The notes under the pieces are model-generated. The model was given only the letters and a program-made list of their open reading frames with translations. It was not told the origin of the DNA and ran no database searches. 32,912 nucleotides of DNA from Squatina squatina (lineage: Eukaryota): assembly GCA_031763465.1 (NCBI GenBank), contig JARFOE010000168.1, positions 8,447,137-8,480,048 on the forward strand, written 5' to 3'. Of this stretch, positions 11,230-21,800 are shown in pieces. Made by a program: the position numbers and the translations under genes. The first letter of the stretch is position 1. Every line of letters begins with the position of its first letter.

Positions 11230-11430
11230 GCCAATGCTTACATCTAACTAATGCACAAAGAAAGTGACATGAGCTATACAGACCAGGAAGATCTCGAGCA
11301 GTCTGTGCTGAGTTAGCCGATTCCAGCTCGGGTGTTGATCGTGGGCCTCAGCACCCCTGAGCTAGGAAGGGGTTAAAAGACAAATTTCAACCAGTCCTGA
11401 TCACTCTTCAGGGACCGTGCTGGAAAAGAT
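11230..11430 (+). mobile_element. Decayed SINE-like repeat (same family as 7880-8160)
   Basis: GAGCTATACAGACCAGGAAGATCTC...GTCTGTGCTGAGTTAGCCGAT...GGCCTCAGCACCCCTGAGCTAGGAAGGGG; internal similarity to two other copies. Confidence 0.55.
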
Positions 11431-11827
11431 GCATTTCAGACTTCAGCTAAGGGCAAATTTTGCCTCAGCTATATTACACCACCGCTCCCCAACAGTCAAA
11501 CATGATGCCAACACACACTGTTCAGGCTCACAAATGAAGAATTGCCACTGCCCATAGAACTGTATCCCAATATGAGGCACTGACTTCAGGAGCGGTACAA
11601 ACTGGAAAGGGAATAAAAATGTTGAAAAGCAAAACAATTAGGCACCAGTTTCAAATGTCTGCTACTTTTTACACGATAAATAATTGTCAATAGAAAGTTA
11701 GAAAGAAAATATAAACAGGACACGTTCATGACAGACACTAAGTAGAATAGATTTTAAAGTACTGACTATTTAAAGTTAATAATCTGTATTTAATACACAT
11801 TTGCATAGGGTTGAAGTACAATCTTAC

Positions 11828-11876
11828 CTATATTGGGATGATTCAAAATCTTCATAATTCTTACTTCTCGAAAGAG
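11828..11876 (-). CDS. Internal 49-bp exon of a MARK (PAR-1) family Ser/Thr kinase, MARK1- or MARK3-type (alphaC-beta4 region)
   Basis: Minus strand: ttttaatag|CTC TTT CGA GAA GTA AGA ATT ATG AAG ATT TTG AAT CAT CCC AAT ATA G|gtaag = LFREVRIMKILNHPNI(V). This matches MARK1/MARK3 as recalled (MARK2 has KVLNH, MARK4 KGLNH). Canonical AG/GT. Too short for the ORF track; the paralog cannot be resolved. Confidence 0.93.
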
Positions 11877-13388
11877 CTATTAAAATTAAAAATATTGCTT
11901 CCCTTCCACCAACAGGGTGTCTGGTCTGTTACTCCACCAACTCAACAGTTTGGTCATTATGATACAAATGTGGTCCCATAATCTTTAAATATGTTTCAAA
12001 TCCCTTGACCAGAATATTTTGTCATACTGTGATTGCAGTGTACTCCCATATTTTTCTGCTGTCTTAAAAGGATCACAGATCCTTACAGCCATAAGGTGGC
12101 TGTGCCTTGGCTATCAAGTTCCCATTGTATATTTTACCAAGTTTTATTGATACCATACTGAAGGCTTCCTAAATTTCTCCAAAATCTCCTTCAGTTCTTG
12201 GATAACTCCAGTGCCTGCCATTGGTTCAATGCCTTTCTGGGGTGAGTTATGTTTCTTTCCAGATTCATCAGCAGTTTCTCTACATCAAACCTCTAGACTA
12301 CAAAAAAAGTCAACAAAAATGCGGAGCAAAGTATTTTTGCGGATGCAGCAAGCTCCATGAAGTAGCAGGATGATGATCGCCGAAGCAATTTATGCCCATA
12401 AAGAGGACCTTCTCGTTTTACTGCCGCTCTTGGTGAAATGTTGGCTGACTGGCATTAAATACATTGCACGCTATTCCCTAACTGGAAGAGAAGCTGTTTT
12501 CAGCAGCATTTTAAAATAGGAAGGTTCACTCTATTTAGAAAAATAAAGAGAAGCAATCACTCCAACTCCATTGCTTAAGGCATAAACATTAATTAAAAAA
12601 AATATTGTTTCACAAATCACTGCGGGCGAGATGAAATGACCTTTTAATGTGTGCCCTTTCTGTTCTCTTTGCTTATTATCCACATGTTATTTAGTGAAAT
12701 CATCGTCAGTTTTTTCCTGTACAGTTTTGTCGGTCTCCATGTATTAACTAATGAGACTGAGGTATTTCAAACTGCTTTGTCAGCCTATGATTCTACCTGC
12801 AATTAGCAAGTGTTGTAATCAGACTTTTCCCTGTTAATGTTTTCTATATAATATAATGGGCCAGGACATTACCTTGCATCAGTGAGGTGGAGCTGGTAGT
12901 TAGGCTTCTTTGAAGTAATCATACCCTTGAAAGACAATAATTGCTTCTTTTCTTGTATAACATGCTAGATGTTCCTTGTCATATTAATTGCCCGTTGTAC
13001 ACACTAACCACAAACAGCTGCAATAACAAGCCTTGATTCATCTCCGAGGCTCATTATTATTTTTCTCCTTCCAAAAGCCGGAGGCTATGTGGATTTGGGC
13101 TCGCTAAGCTTTGCATCGCAGCCTCTCTGTGCCACAGTAACCTTACACTTGCGTTCTGCACGTAATCTTTTACTGTGTATCCATTATTTTTGTCGAGAGG
13201 GGGGTCCTTTGGACTGAGTGAGTCGTTTCAAAGACATCAAGAGCGACTTGAAAGAGATATAAGTGCTCAGATTAAGAACAGTGAATCANNNNNNNNNNNN
13301 NNNNNNNNNNNNNNNNNNNNNNNNNNNNNNNNNNNNNNNNNNNNNNNNNNNNNNNNNNNNNNNNNNNNNNNNNNNNNNNNNNNNNNNN

Positions 13389-13472
13389 GCTTGCACGGGA
13401 AGGTGCCGTGGGAAGGGGAGGGGCTGCTAGGGGTGATGGAGGTGTGGACCAGGGTGTCGCGGAGGGGGCGTT
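13389..13472 (-). mobile_element. Penelope-like retroelement ORF fragment (RT to GIY-YIG linker)
   Basis: Minus-strand peptide LRDTLVHTSITPSSPSPSHGTFPCK matches the PLE linker pattern LRDxLVxS...GxFPC..xC..C that precedes the GIY-YIG endonuclease; runs into a gap. Confidence 0.75.
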
Positions 13473-14984
13473 TAGTTTCCTCTACCTGCACATTGGTACC
13501 AACTGATGTACAAGCACTGCAATAATCATGATTCCAGCAAGTCTGTGTCATGACTGTATAGATTAGGAGAAAAGAATGGTGAGAGTGCAATATTCTCTTA
13601 GTCTGTATGTGCTGGTACAATTTCCCCCATAAAAATGCATGTTAAATTCATCGCGTCTGTAATGTCTGCATTGATTTTTCATTTCCCAGAGAAGAGCCTG
13701 TGGATTCAAGAATTTCAATCTCAAGCCTTGGAGTCCTGGCATATTGTTTTTAGATCCCAGTGACAACATTCGCTAGGTACACATACCTATCGAGTTGTTC
13801 AAAGCCACCATTAAACAAGTGTATGATTTTCTTACTCCACAGTCAATGCATTTGAGTCACTGAAGAAAAATTATGTTAATTTTATGCAGACATTACTGTA
13901 CTGGTAATTCTACACAAACCGCGGACTTTGTGCCTCCGCGGTGGCTTTTAATGGTTTTTTTATACGTTCTGTTTTAGGAAGTGTCTATTTATGCCCCAGC
14001 CAAGCATCCCAAAGTCGTTGGCGTCATCCCTCCCACTTGAGGACGCGTGATGGTATCAACTGTAAACCATCTTGGGCTAAACCTATTGTGCTACCTCTGC
14101 TGCTGCCGGGCGTTCTCCTGAGTGGTGCTGTTCTCGTCAGATAATGTTGCCATCCGCCTGAAACAACACAGGCGGGATTGCAGCCAGGCACATCATCAAG
14201 GCAAATGAAAAGTCAGCACTGTTCAGCTACACCAATTACTTCCACTTTAACATAAAGTCATTTGCAAATCAATTTGCCTTTTATACCAACTGTCCATTGT
14301 TCACCCTTGACCTCTACCTGTGCCTTTAGGGTTGGGGTATATCGGTGGGATAGTCAGACCTGCTTCCTGAGATAATGGTTCGGAATGAATGGCTGGTATA
14401 AATGAATAATTAGCGGAAACCGCTGTGTTTTCCCCATGAGACTTTGCCTAGTTTAACACATTGACAGAATATAAATTACCACAGCTTTAAACTCATGCAC
14501 GACTTTCGGAAAGCAACTGCAAACGATGGATGTGTTCTTTTAAAAAAAACATATCTTTTCCCACCTGGACCTCTCTGTACATTGGCCTTTGTCAATCGCT
14601 TGCTTGGCTACGGTGGCTGAAAGGAGCCCCCTCCAGGCCCAACAGATCCACTGCAGGATAAGCAACATTCAACTTGGGCTGGGATTATAAACAGCAGACT
14701 GTTCCACTGCAGCTCCACTTGGAGTTATTGGTTTCAGAAGCCTGTGTAAAACCCACTAATTACCACAAATGAAACAAGGTCATTTTTACAAAGTAATTCT
14801 AGAAGTTGCGTCAGCTTGACTCAGTGGTATCACTCTCCCTTCCAAGTCAGAAGGTCTCGAATCAAGTCCCATTGCAGGTCCTGAGCCAAACATCTAGTCT
14901 GACACTTCAGTGCAGCACTGAGGGAGTGCTGTATTGTCACTGATGCTGTTTTTTCCATGTGACATGAAAGCGGTAGAATTAAGA

Positions 14985-15280
14985 GATTGCCATCTTTTGC
15001 TTTGTGCTATCATCCCTTTTGTCATTTATTCTCTCCTGCCTCCCACCCTATCACTGACCTACCCTTTTGTCCTTTCCTCCCCGTCCCCACCCTCCCTGCC
15101 TCTGCACTTGCTTAAAACCTGTTGCATCTCAAGCTGTTTCCAGTTCTGGCGAAAGGTCGCCGACCTGAAACGTTAACTCTGTTTCTCCCTCCGCAGACGC
15201 TGCGCACCTGACCTGCTGAGTGTTTCCAGCATTTTCTGTTTTTATTCCAGATTTCCGGCATCCGCAGTATTTTGCTTATG
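14985..15280 (+). mobile_element. Penelope-like element 3' UTR/pLTR fragment
   Basis: Pyrimidine-rich tract, then a hammerhead motif, then CTGACCTGCTGAGTGTTTCCAGCATTTTCTG...GCATCCGCAGTATTTTGC shared with 610-716. Confidence 0.7.
15142..15178 (+). ncRNA. Minimal type I hammerhead ribozyme motif (PLE-associated), core variant CUGGCGA
   Basis: Stem I AGTT(15142-45)/AACT(15175-78); core CTGGCGA (15146-52, canonical CUGANGA); extra A; stem II AGGTC/GACCT with GCC loop; GAAA (15167-70); self-complementary ACGT in place of stem III; predicted cleavage triplet GUU (15172-74). Confidence 0.7.
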
Positions 15281-16628
15281 TGTTTGTAAAAGTAAGAGAT
15301 TCCTTAGCTCCCTTTGAAAAAGAGCCAGGGAGTTCACCTGGTGTCCTGGGCAAGAGTAAACATGCAACCAGCATCGAAATAAAATCAGAGGGGTTAATTT
15401 TAACACAGCCTGCTCCTAGGAAGCTGTCAGGATCAGATCAGCCCCCATTGCTGGACACAAATTGACCAACAGTGAATACACTTCAAACTAATTAACTGGC
15501 TGAGAATCACGTTGGGATATCTTGAGAATGTGAAAAGTGCAATAGAAATGCAATCTTCTTCTGTTCCTGAATTAAAGATATGAATGGTAAAGAANNNNNN
15601 NNNNNNNNNNNNNNNNNNNNNNNNNNNNNNNNNNNNNNNNNNNNNNNNNNNNNNNNNNNNNNNNNNNNNNNNNNNNNNNNNNNNNNNNNNNNNNGGAGCT
15701 ACAGAACTTTCAGAACCCAATACATTTGTTCCAGTACATCAGTACAATCTGATTCCAAAAAGTCAAGGCATGTCAGACTGCGCTCTACAGAATGGGCCTC
15801 CTCACTGAGTGCTGGCCTGAAGTGTGCAATTAATGATAATCGCTTCTGTCTCCATGTCATGTCCAACTACATTAGTGTGGCCTGGATTTCAAGTAGTCTT
15901 TATTATCAAATTTTATGCATTCAATTAAACTTAACTTTAAAACAAAACACACCACCGTATTAACATTAAAGGGTGTTACAGCCAATGGAAACAATTAATA
16001 TCAATTGCACACTTCAGTGGAAGAAGGCTCAAATATAAGTCACAGATCTAAAGGAAACGCAGTAATAAACTGGATTGAAGAAATTGGCTCACGTTGGGCA
16101 TTTGCCTGCTGCTTTATGAAAATCCTGTGTTGAACAGGTGGCCTGTCCCTTTGGACCAATTTCTTTCCATCACAATAGTTCAAGATTGCTTTGAAGCCAC
16201 AAACTTGGCTGAGATTGGAACTAATTTTAAATCAGACATCTACTTCCTCTGTATTCTCATTGGAACCGAACGGTTTTCTCTCCGCGTGGACCCCAGCTTT
16301 CCGAACCTTTCACTTGGGATTTTATTGCATAACTGCAGATAACTGAAGTTTCCAACGATTCCTACTTGGTTAAAATCAAATTGCAAGAAAGCTGGTGGAC
16401 CAGATAGGTCAGTGGTTTAGCACACCAAATATTACACTGCAGTGCTGAGATCCAGGGCCATAGGAAAAGAGTGGGGAGCAGAACTAATTGTATAAATCTT
16501 TCAAAAAGCTGGCACATGCATGATGGGCNNNNNNNNNNNNNNNNNNNNNNNNNNNNNNNNNNNNNNNNNNNNNNNNNNNNNNNNNNNNNNNNNNNNNNNN
16601 NNNNNNNNNNNNNNNNNNNNNNNNNNNN

Positions 16629-16985
16629 CCTACACTGATGCCAGTTCCTGGGGGTGAGGCTGCAGGCATTGACTCTGTCCCCCCCCTCAGCCCGGGCCTG
16701 CTGGATAGTGGCCCTGGATATGTTTCTGCAGCTGCCCCTCACTCCCTCCACTCGGACCTCCAGGGAGACATCAGAAAAATGGCGGCCAAACATTCCACTT
16801 GTCTCAGTATCCAGGATCTCTTCCAGTGTTCTTCAATGAAAAATCCGAGAAACTGCGCTGTCGGAGGTGCATCCCCATTTTAAATAGACCTTGGGAGTCG
16901 GACCAGAAATTGCATTGGGTGGGCTGTCCGCTTCCCATCGCGATTGCGACGTCAGTCCGTCAGTCCACTGAAAATGAGGTCAGTG
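16629..16985. mobile_element. GC/CpG-rich non-autonomous DNA-transposon-like remnant
   Basis: Abrupt GC/CpG-rich block with AAAATGGCGGCC and a terminal GAAAATGAGGTC resembling the AAAATGGGGCC end at ~9160; one end lost in a gap. Confidence 0.3.
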
Positions 16986-17794
16986 CTTCAAATTAGCTAA
17001 AACTCATGGGGCTTGTCTCCGGCCCTGCCCTCTGCATGCCCGGAGTTAAAATCAGACTTTAAATCATTTCATCCAAAATCAGAAATTAATGCTGCTTTCC
17101 ACTCAGGCAATAAGAATTCCTCAAGCCCATCCTGACAACTCAATAGCAAGCCTATGTTTCAGAGAACAATAACTTTACAGTGACTGGGTTTTCATAGGCA
17201 AAATCAAGAATCAGAACCATGAGACATCATTCTGCTGGCCAACATTATAGCAAGTGTGAAAATGTAATGCAAAACAATGCCCCTCAGATGTGTCTCTCAT
17301 TTCTAACAGCATGCAAAGAGCAGAAAAGCATATTCTGAATTCCAAGCACGAGCAAGGAGAACTGGTTAAAGCTGATAGTTTAAGATCAGAAATATGTGTG
17401 AATAACGAACACACCACGAGGACCAGGCTTAATGAAGATGTCTAGTGGATGTGATTAGTTCAAAGCACAGAATTCCTGCCCATCAGCTGTCAGTGCGGCT
17501 TTGATGTGCCTGTGTCAGATGTTCTGTGAGATCTGGCCATTAACTACTTCCAGTTATACCTTCACAATGTAATGTTAGCTGCTGCAGTCTACTTTCAGGA
17601 GGTCAGCTGGTCTAATTTTAATTTAACTGATCNNNNNNNNNNNNNNNNNNNNNNNNNNNNNNNNNNNNNNNNNNNNNNNNNNNNNNNNNNNNNNNNNNNN
17701 NNNNNNNNNNNNNNNNNNNNNNNNNNNNNNNNTTTTTCTCTGTTCTTTCTTTGCCTCTGGTGGGTTGCGTGAAGTGAATGGTCATCATGCTCAG

Positions 17795-17870
17795 TTGCAC
17801 CAGGATGGAAAGGCACAGAGTCGATGGACCAACTGGTCTTTTCCTGCCCATCATTTTCATCTGCTCATAA
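17795..17870 (+). mobile_element. CR1-type LINE 3' tail remnant
   Basis: GATGGACCAACTGGTCTTTTCCTGCCCATCATTTTC: short stem-loop (GACCA/TGGTC) followed by TTTTCCTG, the layout of CR1-clade 3' termini. Confidence 0.5.
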
Positions 17871-18474
17871 CTGACAATAACATCATGTGAGACACACACT
17901 TTTGCCAAAATAGATGAGGACGTTTCCTGAGCCTGCACTTCAACGCAAAGCATCCTGTAACAAGCGGGTTTAGCTCGACATGCCTCATTCCTTTTTCTCA
18001 GAAGAAACGTGACTGCCCCCATCATCTCCCTAGGCAGCAGCTGACAGCTCATCCATGTTCCTGCAATGACTTTGGCAGCCTCTGCAGTTTATGATGGCTT
18101 GTAGATATTTAGCAGACCTGGCCTGAACCTTTTATTTGTACAGGATGGTTTAATAACAGAGGAGTTCATTCAATTCTCGAATGTGACAAATTGCCAAAAC
18201 TAATTTGGTTTTCATACACGACCTTGTCAGTGATAAAAAATCTTGTTGCAAATCTGGCCTGACACATCACTGACTCTCTGGGAGCCAAATGGAACAAAGT
18301 AAACAGCGGGTTCAATATTACAAGATTGTGCTGATTATTTTTAACTTAAATCTTTGATTGATAGTGGAGTTAATTTTTAGAAGAGTTTTATTAAATTATT
18401 TGCTGGGAGCAGTTTCAGCTTTTACCCAATGTATTACCATATTTAAGACCTTTTGTGATCAATGACTGAATCAC

Positions 18475-18656
18475 GGATTCCTCTGGTAACCAGTGAACAG
18501 ACTATGGACTACCTCTGGTAACCAGTGAACAGACTATGGACTCCCTCTGGTAACCAGTGAACAGACCATGGACTACCTCTGGTAACCAGTGAACAGACCA
18601 TGGACTACCTCTGGTAACCAGTGAACAGACCATGGATTCCTTTGGTAACAAGTGAA
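18475..18656. repeat. 32-bp tandem minisatellite, about 5.7 copies
   Basis: Unit GGACTACCTCTGGTAACCAGTGAACAGACYAT starting at 18475 (31 bp), 18506, 18538, 18570, 18602 and partially at 18634; head-to-tail with no spacers. Confidence 0.97.
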
Positions 18657-18662
18657 TGTATA

Positions 18663-18812
18663 TGGCGTCTTTCAGACGAGATGCTAACCTGAGTTCCCAA
18701 AGCACTATGTGAAGAACAGGGGAGTTCTCCTTGGTGTCCTAGCCAACATCACCAAAAAAACAGATTATCTGGTCATTGTTTCACTGCTCTTTGTGGGAGC
18801 TTGCTGTGCACA
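18663..18812 (+). mobile_element. DeuSINE central (Deu domain) fragment
   Basis: GCACTATGTGAAGAACAGGGGAGTTCTCCTTGGTGTCCTAGCCAA...AAAACAGATTATCTGGTCATT...TGTGGGAGCTTGCTGTGC, colinear with the copy at 31832-32274; followed by a short CR1-like tail (~18816-18868). Confidence 0.8.
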
Positions 18813-20393
18813 ATAGGGTGGATGGCCTCATCCTGTGGTGCACACTGCTATCGTTCTATGGTTTTATGCTGTAGTAGAATTGTGATTAACTGTAGAATAT
18901 GCAAGGCTATTGAAATTATGCCAAAATAGNNNNNNNNNNNNNNNNNNNNNNNNNNNNNNNNNNNNNNNNNNNNNNNNNNNNNNNNNNNNNNNNNNNNNNN
19001 NNNNNNNNNNNNNNNNNNNNNNNNNNNNNTTAAGGAATTCTCATGTGGCCACTACTTCTTTAACTACACCATAATGTTACCCGGAGGCTGCAATGATTGC
19101 AGATGTTATCAGCACATACAGAAAGCAGTTTGTTCAGTTAATTCCCACTGATAAAGAGGCTTGTGTGGTTTATTAAAGGCATGGGTTGAATCTTCAAAGG
19201 GTTAGAACCTTTGAAGCTCTTGCCTGCTCTGCAGATAGCTGTTGATGCCATTGTCAAATCAGATGTTTGTGGTGCTGGGAATGTGAGTCTGCATTTAAGA
19301 GCAGGGCCTTGTGTTCCAGCGCACACTAACAGGTCTGGGAGTGATTTCCCGGTGCTTACTAATGTTGTTTGGGTTTGACTAAAGTTCTGAAGCTGAAGTT
19401 GAATCCCTCCTTTGTGTTTAATCTGCTGTTTAAGCACTTAAAAAGCTGCAATTTTAAATGATCAGAAGCCCCGAATATTTGACTTCACCCAACTAAATTA
19501 CATCTGAATGCAATATCCCAGGGGCTGAGCCCAGCAATTATTCAGATACACTGGCTCAGGCTAATATTGCAAGTGTCTGGGTGTTAACATCATGCGGCTG
19601 CCTTGAAGTCACTATTTAGCTCTCAATAGGCTGCAATCACTGTCAGTGATGTTATTGTGCAAACTCTCGAGTATGTCTATACTAAATTCCTTTCTCTGCG
19701 ATTTTAACAGAAACTTGAACTCCTTGACAATAACCATATGCCTCACCCCTATACCGCCCCCTGTCCAGTTATGGACTGGCCATTAGCCCAATCTTAGGCC
19801 TTTAAGCGCTTTAGTTCAAACTGATGGTCAGGTGTGTGCCGAAGGCCCCAAATTCATCGGTGCTGGTGCTGATTTGGTAATTTGACTGAGAGAAACCACA
19901 TGAGGAATAGAAAACTTTCAGCGACACAGGAAACCTTTCTGTGATCTATATTGGAAAGCCTGGAGTAGGTATTATCATATTGCTCACCGGATCAATGCCA
20001 AATGGATACGGATTTCCAGAGAATACTCCTGGCACTGCAGGATCTAACTGAAGTAGCAGGCTGTTTTCAATAAGGTGCTTACTGAAGAAAAAGATAATCA
20101 AAAGAACACATTTTCGCAGTTAGTGACAGACAAATGCAATCACTGTCAAACATAGCATGAGAATGTCAAGGCCGTGGAAAAGGACTGGAGGAGGGCCACT
20201 GAATAGATACCTACAGCAACAAATTGCAATTGTATAGCACCTTTAGTGTAGAAAAATGCCCTGGCTACATCCAAATAAAGAGGTCAATGGCTTNNNNNNN
20301 NNNNNNNNNNNNNNNNNNNNNNNNNNNNNNNNNNNNNNNNNNNNNNNNNNNNNNNNNNNNNNNNNNNNNNNNNNNNNNNNNNNNNNNNNNNNN

Positions 20394-21800
20394 GCTGCTT
20401 CTCCTGGTTGCTGTTCTTGCCCAGAAGCATTGGTTTAATGTTGGCCACAATCTAAGATGTCTTTCTTTTTAAGTGTGAGGAGATTGAGCTGATGAGGTGT
20501 CTCAGTGCACTTGCCGTCCCTACTTTCATTTGTTGAGCATTAACTTAGGCAGGAAGAAGTTGAACGAGTCTGCATAAACCGGGGCCAGAACTGTGTAACA
20601 ACCAAGTGGCTCGCTATGGTTTTTAACAGCCAGATGGCTATTGAAGCCCACTGAAGCACACATCTGCTCGTGGAGATTGTTAAGCAACGTGTCCATTTGT
20701 GTTTTCAGTACTCGACACTTCATCTCCACGGCGACATCCAATGCAGGGCATAGACACACTGTGATGGAAAAATGGCCCAAGTGTATCTTGTAAAGAGGCA
20801 GGTTGTCTGGAATTAACTTTGGACAGCTCCTCCTTTAGCCTGTCCTGAGGCAGCAGAGAGCTGATGTGGCCTTGAGCTTCCACAATTGCATGTTTAATTT
20901 GGAGTACCCCTTCTCAATCCACAGAGAACTATCGACAATGTTGAGCTCGGTGGAGAAAGACTCTTTAATCATTGTAGGGTCTGACGCATTCTATACATTT
21001 CTCATATATCAGCAAGCTCTTGCTAAAACTACCCAGTGCTAAGCTGAAAGCACACTTCAGCACATCATGTTTAACTCCAATGAGAACTGGAATCAGAGGT
21101 CCCTAAAATAGATTTCAGAAAAGGTACCATGCAACACACATTTTCCATTGACATTTTTGTTAAGGTCTTCACCATGTAAACATACAGAAGGTGCCCTTGT
21201 TTGAAAATCATTGTTGGCAACTGGACAACTTCCTTTGTGACACTGAAGCTCCTGGTAACCAGGAGATTGCTGGCAGCTTGTTGGCTACCAACTTGTGCTC
21301 CAAGGGTGCCTTTGATAATCATCACCATGCCCTCCAATATAACAACACCGTGTGGAGGTGTCCGCATGGTGTGGTGTCACAGATAGTCATGGCAGCTCAT
21401 TCACACTATTTCTGCGTGCCGACGCCCCAGTGTCTGGATGGTCTTTGATATTTTCTGCTGACAACTTTCATCTTCCTCAGCAATCATCTTTACAATGGCA
21501 ACTGAGAATGATTCCACATTGAGGTACATTTCAGCAGTCATTCCAGAGCCCACTGGAATTGCTCACTTCAGAATTATTGGGAATTATTTCACTCACAGTG
21601 TGAAATCAGATCTCTGCTTGGATGACTCTTTCCTCTCTGACTTCTTTCTCTCCAATAATTCACACTGTTCCTTCCCACAGTGTTTCCAATTGCTCTCGGT
21701 GATCTTCCAAGATTTGGATAGATTTGATTAACGCACTTGTCTTTAAGCTCTCCCCTCATTGCTCTCTCAGGCACAAATGCACAGTTTGTACCACTTTGTT
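20394..21800 (-). mobile_element. Heavily decayed non-LTR retrotransposon 5' region: ORF1-like remnant followed by an RTE-like AP endonuclease remnant
   Basis: Minus strand ~20780-20600 reads, with a frameshift, HFSIT..VYA/PALDVAVEMK...QMDTLLNNL..EQM...GFNSHL (cf. RTE endonuclease ISVYAPTLD...K..FY.QL..L......GDFNARVG). At ~21190-21110 VY..EDL.K...PFLK and at ~21420 SARRNSV resemble L1/Transposase_22-type ORF1 motifs. Recognised by eye; boundaries approximate. Confidence 0.45.

Larger units (their letters stand above)
14806..15390 (+). mobile_element. DeuSINE (SacSINE1-like) copy interrupted by a Penelope 3' end
   Basis: tRNA-like head TGACTCAGTGG...AGTCAGAAGG...GAATCAAGTCCC and body CAGTGCAGCACTGAGGGAGTGCTG (14806-~14968). 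Resumes at ~15286 with the Deu-domain block GTAAAAG..GATTCC...GAAAAAGAGCCAGGGAGTTCACCTGGTGTCCTGGGCAA, colinear with the full copy at 31832-32274. Confidence 0.75.

Noticed and set aside
13918-13960. Rho-independent terminator (hairpin plus T runs)
   Set aside because: Eukaryotic context and no upstream prokaryotic gene.
18475-18656. CRISPR array (32-bp repeats with an internal palindrome)
   Set aside because: Units are contiguous with no unique spacers, there are no cas genes, and the context is vertebrate.
19711-19831. Plus-strand exon candidate (strong acceptor, CAG|GTGTGT donor)
   Set aside because: Stops in all three frames; could only be non-coding and is unsupported.
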